Assembly (NCBI GenBank): GCA_027043825.1
Contig: JALUER010000068.1
Location: forward strand, 1-31,415
DNA from: Candidatus Micrarchaeota archaeon
Lineage (GTDB): Archaea; Iainarchaeota; Iainarchaeia; JAADDC01
Length of the DNA: 31,415 nucleotides
Reading direction: 5' to 3'
Shown here one piece after another: positions 24,147-31,415 of this stretch. How positions within the stretch are numbered: the first letter of the stretch is position 1; the number at the start of each line of letters is the position of its first letter. The translations under genes and the position numbers were made by a program. Under the pieces are notes generated by a model that was given only the letters and a program-made list of their open reading frames with translations, was not told where the DNA came from and ran no database searches.

Positions 24147-26848
24147 TAAGCTCTCCAGAACATCCTTGTCCTGAAGTACTCCCGCTCCGCTTCCAGGAGC
24201 GCCTTCCAGAACTCCTCCTCGCTGTAGGGAACCCTCAGTATCCTTGCCGCCGTTAGGGAGCCGATTCCCTCCACCGCCTGGGCTATTACCGCCTTCTTCC
24301 CAAAGCTCTTCACCAGCTCGGCGGATCGGAGGAGGGACCTGTAGCGGGCGTCCTCCTTCCTACCCCGCCTTTTCTTCTTCACCAGCTCCACGTCGAACTC
24401 CGGGTCAAAGGACACCGCCACGAGCGGGGACCCACAGGCGGGGCAAGTAATCTCCTCGGGCAGGTCCTTCACCCTCGAGGTGAAGTGGAAACCACAGTAG
24501 AGGCATACCAGGTGTACCCGTTTCTCCAGGATCCGCTCCTTGAACTTCCTTAAAATAATCCTCTCTGGGTCCTCCGGGGTGAGGATGTCCGGCATCTGTA
24601 GGACTGTGGACAGCTCGTTCCTCCCGAGGGGTGTCAGACCCGTGATCTTTACTCCCCTTACCGTGTCAAAGAAGTCCTTGGCCGCTCCCACGTCCAGCTT
24701 CTCCACGAGGATCTCCTTCAGGGTCTCCCGGAAGACGGGCGAATCGCTCATGGCCTCCACGAGCTTCCTAACGTTTATTTTCTCCAACCTCGCGCTCCTT
24801 GATATGAGACCGAACCGCCGGGCCACGTGGATAAAGCGTATCCGGAAGAGGGAGGTCCTCGGGAGGATCCGTTCCAGTAGGACCTCCACCATGTGGGGAG
24901 GGGTGGTGGTTATTACCTCCTTCACCACCTCCGGGTTGGCCTCCGAGGGGAACTCCACCACCACTGTGTAGGGGGAGGTAACCACCCGGACGGGGATGCC
25001 GTACCTCCTGGCGATCTCTGAGGCGATGAGCCTGCCCACGGTCTGGTTCCCCCTGCTCCCCAGGAAGGTGTGGACAATGACGTACCTGCCGCTCTTCTCC
25101 AGGACTACCTCCTTCCCTTCCCTGTAGTCCCCGAAGTAGTCGGCCACTTCCCCGTAGTCCCCCCTCTCCATGAGCTCCCTCACCCTCTCCGCCACGAACC
25201 TCTCCACCGGTATCTGCTCCCCTATCCAGGCCGGGATGGCCCCCGCCGAGAGGGGGAACTCCTCCACGAGTATGTCCCTTCCCTCCACGGCCAGAACCCT
25301 CCAGACCCTCCCCCTCACCACGAAGGTGGTGCCCACCTCTATGTACTCCGCCACGAAGTCCTCGTCCAGCGTGGCGACGTTCTTCTTTGTGGCCACGTCC
25401 ACCACGAAGTACTTCTCTTGGTCCGGTATCATGGAGAGGTTCGTGTAGTAGTACTTCCAGGTCCACCTGGTCTTTCGGATCCTTTTCCCGTCCCTCCTGA
25501 GGAACCTCTCGCTTTCAAGCTGTTCAACCACGTCCAGGAAGTCCTCAAAGGAAAGGTTGAAGTAGGGGAAGGCCCTCTTGAAGGTCTCGTAGGCCTCCTC
25601 TACCTCCACCTCTCCCCAGTCCATCAGAATACCGGCGACCTGGTGTGCCAGAACGTCCAGGGGGCTCTCCTCATACCTTATCTCCTCGTACTTCCTCTTC
25701 TCGGCAAAGGAAGCGATGGAGACAGCCTCCAGGTAATCAACGGGGTTTGTGGCTATGATGTAGCCAACGGAAGGCCTGTCCAGCCGGTGGCCGCTCCTTC
25801 CCACCCTCTGGATGAGCCGTATTACCTGCCTGGGAGAGCCGTACTGGATCACCGCGTCCACCTCCCCCACGTCTATGCCCAGTTCGAGGGAGGAGGTGGC
25901 TATGACGTGCTTGATCTTCCCCTCCTTGAAGAGCTTCTCGGTGACGATCCTCGTCTCCCTGGAAAGGGAGGAGTGGTGGACCTCCGTCTCCTCGTGGAGC
26001 TTCTTGAGATAGAAGGAGAGCTGCTCCGCCATGCTCCTCGTATTGGTGAAGGTTATGACCTGTCGATGCTTCTTGAGGATGGAGAGGATGACCTTCAGAC
26101 GGGCGTAGACGTTGGGCTCGAAGCCCAGCTCTTTCGCCTCCCTCTTGGTCTCCTCGTCGGGTCTTGGGTAGAGAACGTGGAAGATGTACTTCTTCTCGGC
26201 GGAGACGTCGATAATCCTCACGTTCCTTTCCTTTCCGCCCAGGAAGAGTGCCGCCGTGGCGGTGGAACCCACGGTTGCAGAAAGGCCAATTCTCTGGAAC
26301 TCCCCTGCCCGGAGAGCGAGCCTTTCGAGAGCCAGGGCCAGCTGGTACCCCCTCTTCTCCCCCACGAGCTCGTGTACCTCGTCGACGATGACTGCCTTGA
26401 CGTTTTTTAGGTGTTCTCCCATCTTTTCGGCGGGGAGGATGGCCTGGAGGGTCTCGGGAGTGGTTATGAGGATGTGGGGAGGGTTCCTTGCCTGCTTCGT
26501 CCTCTCGTGGGAGGAGGTGTCCCCGTGACGGACAGATACCCTCAGGCCCAGGAGCTCCCCCCACTTCTCGATCCTAGCCAAGAGGTCCCGGTTGAGGGCC
26601 CGGAGGGGAGTTATGTATAATAGAGCTACTGGCTCTGGGCGCTCCCTGCACATCCTTGCCATTATTGGGATCAGTGCAGCCTCCGTTTTCCCAGAACCCG
26701 TAGGTGCAATTATGAGTGTGTTTTTTCCAGAAAATATGGGGTTAAATGAAAGCCTCTGGACTAGGGTTGGTGCCTTGAAGCCCCTTTCTTCCCATAGCTT
26801 CCTGATTTGCTCGTCGCAGTCACCACTCGCCCTCGTCGTCCCACTCAT
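24146..26848 (-). CDS. lhr: Lhr-family SF2 helicase (archaeal type with C-terminal Zn ribbon)
   Basis: PTLVQ, APTGSGKT, YITPLRALNRD, TTPE, DEVH, GLSAT, HHSS, TSSLELGID, QRVGRSGH, LDVLAHQ, CLYC..CPACG; probable start ATG 26848. Confidence 0.93.
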   Translation of the reverse strand: MSGTTRASGDCDEQIRKLWEERGFKAPTLVQRLSFNPIFSGKNTLIIAPTGSGKTEAALIPIMARMCRERPEPVALLYITPLRALNRDLLARIEKWGELLGLRVSVRHGDTSSHERTKQARNPPHILITTPETLQAILPAEKMGEHLKNVKAVIVDEVHELVGEKRGYQLALALERLALRAGEFQRIGLSATVGSTATAALFLGGKERNVRIIDVSAEKKYIFHVLYPRPDEETKREAKELGFEPNVYARLKVILSILKKHRQVITFTNTRSMAEQLSFYLKKLHEETEVHHSSLSRETRIVTEKLFKEGKIKHVIATSSLELGIDVGEVDAVIQYGSPRQVIRLIQRVGRSGHRLDRPSVGYIIATNPVDYLEAVSIASFAEKRKYEEIRYEESPLDVLAHQVAGILMDWGEVEVEEAYETFKRAFPYFNLSFEDFLDVVEQLESERFLRRDGKRIRKTRWTWKYYYTNLSMIPDQEKYFVVDVATKKNVATLDEDFVAEYIEVGTTFVVRGRVWRVLAVEGRDILVEEFPLSAGAIPAWIGEQIPVERFVAERVRELMERGDYGEVADYFGDYREGKEVVLEKSGRYVIVHTFLGSRGNQTVGRLIASEIARRYGIPVRVVTSPYTVVVEFPSEANPEVVKEVITTTPPHMVEVLLERILPRTSLFRIRFIHVARRFGLISRSARLEKINVRKLVEAMSDSPVFRETLKEILVEKLDVGAAKDFFDTVRGVKITGLTPLGRNELSTVLQMPDILTPEDPERIILRKFKERILEKRVHLVCLYCGFHFTSRVKDLPEEITCPACGSPLVAVSFDPEFDVELVKKKRRGRKEDARYRSLLRSAELVKSFGKKAVIAQAVEGIGSLTAARILRVPYSEEEFWKALLEAEREYFRTRMFWRA

Positions 26849-27035
26849 CTTCCTCTTCCCAGTCTTCTTCCCACTCTTCTTCGTCCCAGTCGTCGTCATT
26901 TTCTGGCCACTCGTCCTCTAGCTCCTTCCAGTCGTCTTCGCTAAGCTCGTCTCCGAACTCCTCAACATTCTCCTCAGCAGGGGCGATTTCGCCGTCTTTG
27001 GGCGATTCCGCCTTCTTCTTTCGGGCGCCAGGCAT
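26820..27035 (-). CDS. Small intrinsically disordered protein: basic N-terminus, Asp/Glu/Trp-rich C-terminus
   Basis: ATG start about 30 nt from TTTATAAA; 7 Trp embedded in D/E runs; overlaps the lhr start. Confidence 0.65.
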   Translation of the reverse strand: MPGARKKKAESPKDGEIAPAEENVEEFGDELSEDDWKELEDEWPENDDDWDEEEWEEDWEEEDEWDDEGEW

Positions 27036-27118
27036 GGCGATCAGGTAGTAACGGCTGAGTAGGGTTTATAAATGTCGTAGTCTGCCCTTTAAATACTTGG
27101 GCCGCTCCAATTTTCCAT

Positions 27119-27883
27119 ATGGATGTGTTTCGCAGGGTTCTCGCGGACGGATTCGACCTGGGGCTCCTTGTCCTGGTTATACTCTTTCTTTACGGGATCG
27201 GCCTGCTCCTTGGTTCCGTGATTGCTGCTGTTCAGTCGTCTTATACCCTTGAGATAATCGCGTCGACCAATCCCATCTTTGCCCTCAAGCCCGCGCTTTC
27301 TGCTGCTGTATCTACGGTATTCTCGAGCCCCCTTTATCTATCTGCAGTGGTTGTGTACTCTCTTTTCATCGTTTACCTTTCAGCTCTCGTGATTTCCTGG
27401 ATATCTAAGAGGAGGACGGACTTTCCAAAAAATCCTTTTGTCCACGCGCTTCGCGTTTACCTTCGGTTTATCGTAGCTGGAATAATTGTTGGGTCGCCCA
27501 TCATCTTTATTTTTGCCCTTGCTGTAGCTATTCCTAGCTCCGCCACGGGGATGCTGATATCGCTTTTACTCTTTATGGTCTTTGCAGTGCTGTATATTGC
27601 CTTTGTGGCCCCAGTACTGCCCGCTATTGTTGTCGATGACCTTGATGTCCGGCGTGCGCTCTCCGACGGTCTAATCGTGGGTAAACGCGCCTGGTGGAAG
27701 ATCATCCTCTATTACATAGGGGTCGCCGTCGTTACATCCCTGATCCTCGCAATCTTTTCCTGGGTCGATGGATACGTGCCCCAGCTCGCTGATCCGCTTC
27801 TTTACGTGTACGAGGCGATTTCCTTCATAATGTCCGCCGCCGTGATAACCGAGGTGTATATAGCGGAGACCCGTGGTGAGTAA
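27119..27883 (+). CDS. Hypothetical multi-pass membrane protein
   Basis: About 6 TM helices, ALSDGL..GKRAWWKI; TTTAAATA upstream; first gene of a probable operon with tmcA. Confidence 0.75.
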   Translation: MDVFRRVLADGFDLGLLVLVILFLYGIGLLLGSVIAAVQSSYTLEIIASTNPIFALKPALSAAVSTVFSSPLYLSAVVVYSLFIVYLSALVISWISKRRTDFPKNPFVHALRVYLRFIVAGIIVGSPIIFIFALAVAIPSSATGMLISLLLFMVFAVLYIAFVAPVLPAIVVDDLDVRRALSDGLIVGKRAWWKIILYYIGVAVVTSLILAIFSWVDGYVPQLADPLLYVYEAISFIMSAAVITEVYIAETRGE

Positions 27884-27885
27884 GT

Positions 27886-30162
27886 ATGGAGCAGATAAAG
27901 AAGGCACTGGAGAATGCAAGGGCTCAGCGCCACAGGCGGCTCTTTGTGATCTCTGGAGACTGGCGCAAGGGCGTCAAGGTAGCTGGAAAGATTCTCAAGC
28001 TCGCGAAGAACTACGTGGGTAAAGACCTGGTTTACTTTGCTGAATTTCCCAAGGATTCGGATATTGGGGAGCGTAGGTTCAAGGAGTTCGCCAAGAGTAT
28101 TAGGGGCGTCGGGTACATCGTCCAGAAGAAGCCCTTCGCAATAGCGCAGTCTGTTCTTGGAAAGACCTTTGACGTGATCGTCATAGACGCCCACGAGAAC
28201 TTTCCCCCGCGTGATATCGGTATTATGGTGGAGACCGTCCGAGGACCCGGTGTGATCATACTTCTGGTGCCCGAGCTCACGGAGTGGGCGCGCTCAAAGC
28301 TTTTCTTCCACGAACAGTACGTTGTTACCCCACCATATTCCGTTAATGATTGCAGGGATATCTTCCTCAGCCGCGTCGTTCGTAAAATCATGGAGCATGA
28401 TGGCGTCTACGTGCTGACGGATGAGGGCAAGGTTTTCAAGGCTCCTCCGGAGCCGGAATCTCCAGAGTCAAAGCATAGGGGTATAAAAATCCCGGATTCC
28501 ACTGTTTTCCCGCGCGAGGTATTCCAACTTGCCGCTACACAGGATCAGGTTGACGTGCTCAAGGCCTTCGAGGAGAAGTACGCCGACAAGAAGCACGCTT
28601 TTGTCCTGCTGGCAGATCGCGGCCGTGGCAAGAGTGCTGTAGTGGGACTAGCTCTCTCGGCGATCCTGTCCAATCACGACTGGCACGTAGTGGTCACTGC
28701 CCCTTCCTTCCAGAACGCAGAGGAAATTTTCCACTTTGTAAAGCGAGGGCTTGACGAGCTTGGAGTGAAGTATAAGGACAAGGGGCGCCGCATAAAGGTG
28801 AAAGGGAAGGGCGACCTCGTTTTCCTGGAGCCCTTGGAGGCTGTTGACGAACGTTCTGATCTCCTTGTGGTTGATGAGGCCGCGGGAATCTACGTTTCCG
28901 TTCTTCAGGCACTCCTACGCAAGCACAAGCGCATCATCTTTGCCACCACCACCCACGGCTATGAGGGAACGGGCCGACTTTTCCAGTACAGGTTCCTCCC
29001 GAAACTACAGGAAGCCTTTGACGTGGACATACTCCGCATGTCAGAGCCTATCCGCTATGGTCCGGGCGACCCCGTGGAGCGCTGGCTCTACGACGTTTTC
29101 CTGCTTGATGCCGAGCCCGCAAGCCTTGATGAGGAAGATCTTCGTGCGATCGAGGAGGGTAAGCTTAACTTTGTTCCCTTCGACGTGGAAAAGCTTTTCC
29201 TCGAGCAGGAGGACCTTCTGCGCCAGTTCATAGGGATCTACGTTTATGCCCACTACAGGAACAATCCGCGGGATATTGCAATCCTTGCGGATGCCCCCAA
29301 TCAGAGGGCCTTTGCCATAACGCTTCCCAGCGGCAAGGTTGTTGCATCGCTACAGGTTGCGGAGGAGGGCGGCCTTCCCAAGGCCGTTATTGACGCGCTG
29401 CGAGCCGGCGAGATCGTTCAGGGCAACATAATTCCCGACCTTATGCTGAAGTACTATGGGTACGACAACTTTGCCCGTGCCAAGGGGCTGCGCGTCGTCA
29501 GAATAGCGGTGCACCCCGAGTATCAGGGCCGTGGGATCGGATCCTTCGCCCTCAAGCACCTCATTGACTATGCAAGGGAAAACGATTACGCATGGGTGGG
29601 ATCTGTCTTTGGCGCCTCCCGCAAGCTCCTGCGCTTCTGGCTAAAGAACCGCTTTATTCCAGTACACGTCTCCCCCAAGCGTAACCCTGAGTCTGGCGAG
29701 TACTCCACAGCGGTTCTTCATCCGTTGAAGAACACCATTGCTGACATCGTGAGGGCGGCCAACTTCGGTATGAAGCTCCGGCTTGCTTACGAACTGGATA
29801 ACTTCTACAGGAACATGGAGCCAGAGGTTGCCCTTGAGCTGTTTTCCTCCGGAGAGCTTCGCAGGGTTCCAGCAGACCTTACGACGCCGGAGAAGCGCAA
29901 GTTGAAGCGGTACGTAGAGGGTGGCCTGCACTATGATGCGCTCTCCGAAGTGATCTACCGGATCACCATAAACTACTTCATAGGAAACCAGGAACCACCC
30001 ATGGAGGAGCGCGACAAGCTCTATCTCATTGAGAAGGTCTTGAAGAAGCGCACATGGAAGGGTGTGGGTGACGTCTTCCACAGGGATCCCATGAAGGTTG
30101 CCCGGCGCATGGACAGAATACTCCTTGGACTCGCGCGCTGGTACCTGGGTGAGCTGTCTTGA
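27886..30162 (+). CDS. tmcA: tRNA/RNA cytidine N4-acetyltransferase TmcA/Nat10
   Basis: HRRLFVISG, VLGKTFD, VETVRGPG, ATQDQ, ADRGRGKS, VDEAA, TTTHGYEGTGR, PIRYGPGDPVERWL, AHYRNNPRD, VRIAVHPEYQGRGIGS, FWLKNRF. Confidence 0.96.
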   Translation: MEQIKKALENARAQRHRRLFVISGDWRKGVKVAGKILKLAKNYVGKDLVYFAEFPKDSDIGERRFKEFAKSIRGVGYIVQKKPFAIAQSVLGKTFDVIVIDAHENFPPRDIGIMVETVRGPGVIILLVPELTEWARSKLFFHEQYVVTPPYSVNDCRDIFLSRVVRKIMEHDGVYVLTDEGKVFKAPPEPESPESKHRGIKIPDSTVFPREVFQLAATQDQVDVLKAFEEKYADKKHAFVLLADRGRGKSAVVGLALSAILSNHDWHVVVTAPSFQNAEEIFHFVKRGLDELGVKYKDKGRRIKVKGKGDLVFLEPLEAVDERSDLLVVDEAAGIYVSVLQALLRKHKRIIFATTTHGYEGTGRLFQYRFLPKLQEAFDVDILRMSEPIRYGPGDPVERWLYDVFLLDAEPASLDEEDLRAIEEGKLNFVPFDVEKLFLEQEDLLRQFIGIYVYAHYRNNPRDIAILADAPNQRAFAITLPSGKVVASLQVAEEGGLPKAVIDALRAGEIVQGNIIPDLMLKYYGYDNFARAKGLRVVRIAVHPEYQGRGIGSFALKHLIDYARENDYAWVGSVFGASRKLLRFWLKNRFIPVHVSPKRNPESGEYSTAVLHPLKNTIADIVRAANFGMKLRLAYELDNFYRNMEPEVALELFSSGELRRVPADLTTPEKRKLKRYVEGGLHYDALSEVIYRITINYFIGNQEPPMEERDKLYLIEKVLKKRTWKGVGDVFHRDPMKVARRMDRILLGLARWYLGELS

Positions 30163-30470
30163 TGCTCCACTTCGACAGGCGATATTTGCGGGACATCGTA
30201 TCTGGAAAGAAGCGTATCACAATCCGCTATGGCCACCGGTACCGCGTGCGACCCGGCAACATTCTTTACCTCGCCGTTGAGGGCAAGCCCGTGGCTCGTG
30301 CTAAGCTTACAGAGGTTACCGTTAAGCCCCTTAGGAAACTGACGGCACATGAGATTAAAATGGAGGGTTACAAGTCTTTTTCAGCCCTTCTCCGCGCCCT
30401 CCGCCGCCACTATCCACACATTACCCCTGATGACTACGTGACTGTGCTCAAGTGGAAGCTCATCCGCTGA
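30162..30470 (+). CDS. ASCH domain protein (YqfB-like motif residues)
   Basis: FDRRY..DIVSGKKRITIR, PGNI, KLTAHEIKMEGY..FSAL...L..HYP; TGATG stop/start overlap with tmcA. Confidence 0.9.
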   Translation: MLHFDRRYLRDIVSGKKRITIRYGHRYRVRPGNILYLAVEGKPVARAKLTEVTVKPLRKLTAHEIKMEGYKSFSALLRALRRHYPHITPDDYVTVLKWKLIR

Positions 30471-30498
30471 TAAAAACCCTTGCACCCAAACATATTCC

Positions 30499-31415
30499 GT
30501 GGATCTCTTCGGACAGAGGCAGAGCACAATACTCGTTCGACCCGAGGTGCTTGATCCCGACTACGTTCCCGATGTTCTTCCATTCAGAGAGCCGCAGCTG
30601 CGCGATATAGCCACATCCATTGCCTATGCTGTTGATGGGGGCAGATCCACAAACCTATTTGCTATAGGCCCGCCGGGCACGGGTAAGACGGCATCCTTGC
30701 GGTATGTGCTCCGCGAGCTACGTTCTTACTCACCTCTTGTCCGTCAGGCGTATGTGAATGCGTGGGTCCATCGCAGCCGTTTTGCCGTGCTCAGTCAGAT
30801 CGCCGTTCAAATAAAGAGCCCAGTTCCCAGGCGCGGCTTGGCTGCGGACGAGATCTTTTCCTCCATTGTTGACACGATTTCTTCGAGCAGGGGCGCTGTG
30901 ATCGTAGTGGATGAGGCGGACCGCCTTTCCAATGCGCAGGACGTTCTTTATGATCTTTCCAGGCTGAACGAGTTCGTTGATGTTCCACTTGTGGTCATAA
31001 CCGTTGCGAACACCGATTATTTCCTATCCCGCTTGGATCCACGTGTAATATCCACCTTGTTCTCTCGGCGCGTTGAGTTTCCGAAGTACACGGTACCTCA
31101 GCTCAAGACGATCCTTCTGGAGCGTGCAAAGCTTGCTCTTGCCCCGAATACATATTCCGATTCCGTTCTTGGCCTCTGTGCGGCCGTGGCTTGGAAGCGC
31201 GGTGGCGACGCCCGCGTGGCTATTTCCTGTCTTTACGAGGCCGCTGTTGCAGCCGAATCTGAGGGTGCTGACCGCATACTCCCCGAACACGTGCGTAGGG
31301 TGTCTGACAAAGTGGTCGTTCCAGAACCCGCGCTGTCCGATCCGCGCTTTGAGCCCATAATCGAAATCCTAAAGGAAAAGGGAGAATTACGTGTGCGGGA
31401 GCTGTACGAGCTTTA
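30499..31415 (+). CDS. cdc6: Cdc6/Orc1 replication initiator, partial (runs off window end)
   Basis: Not in the ORF track; translated by hand from GTG 30499: MDLFG...EVLDPDYVPDVLPFRE...GPPGTGKT...YVNAW...IVVDEADRL...FPKYTVPQLKTILLER...GDARVAI. Confidence 0.95.
   Translation, partial: MDLFGQRQSTILVRPEVLDPDYVPDVLPFREPQLRDIATSIAYAVDGGRSTNLFAIGPPGTGKTASLRYVLRELRSYSPLVRQAYVNAWVHRSRFAVLSQIAVQIKSPVPRRGLAADEIFSSIVDTISSSRGAVIVVDEADRLSNAQDVLYDLSRLNEFVDVPLVVITVANTDYFLSRLDPRVISTLFSRRVEFPKYTVPQLKTILLERAKLALAPNTYSDSVLGLCAAVAWKRGGDARVAISCLYEAAVAAESEGADRILPEHVRRVSDKVVVPEPALSDPRFEPIIEILKEKGELRVRELYEL

Noticed and set aside
26849-26899. Basic N-terminal extension of lhr (MTTTGTKKSGKK...)
   Set aside because: It is the alternative frame of the acidic repeat ORF; ATG 26848 is closer to the Q motif.
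30471-30498. Origin immediately upstream of cdc6
   Set aside because: Only 28 bp, containing a TATA-like element; no ORB or AT-rich tract. An origin downstream of cdc6 cannot be seen in this window.
1-31415. CRISPR arrays, IS/integrases, tRNA or rRNA genes
   Set aside because: No regularly spaced repeats, transposase or recombinase motifs, or T-loop/cloverleaf signatures seen by eye; tRNAscan-SE or Infernal would be decisive.

Overview
Archaeal chromosomal segment, densely coding, roughly 55-62% GC by spot counts. The gene set and charged-residue bias suggest a thermophile, probably DPANN-like (inference only). It encodes housekeeping information-processing genes: TFE, a truncated Rqc2/NFACT, Tyw1, RecJ/GAN-type DHH, DTD2, Lhr, TmcA/Nat10, AMMECR1 and a partial Cdc6/Orc1. 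It also has a ferredoxin plus geranylgeranyl reductase pair, an AdoMetDC-family proenzyme, a SERCA-like P-type ATPase, an orphan SPPY-type DNA methyltransferase, two PRC-barrel (CdpB-like) proteins, three winged-helix proteins and several pilin/surface-protein clusters. One clear box C/D guide RNA lies at about 24091-24146. I found no tRNA, rRNA, CRISPR or IS element. Top leads: (1) an AT-rich, symmetric locus at about 6.7-8.5 kb with repeated TTATACATAA(CACG) boxes around two wHTH genes and a CdpB-like gene; the same box and a palindrome recur before a paralogous wHTH at 20.6 kb, suggesting a replication origin or cell-cycle regulon; (2) a translationally coupled tmcA + ASCH pair, a candidate ac4C writer plus eraser/salvage module; (3) a codon-usage break inside lhr at about 26.6 kb; (4) many apparently leaderless GTG starts in a TTCC-GTG context. 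All protein calls are motif recognition by eye; no database searches were run.
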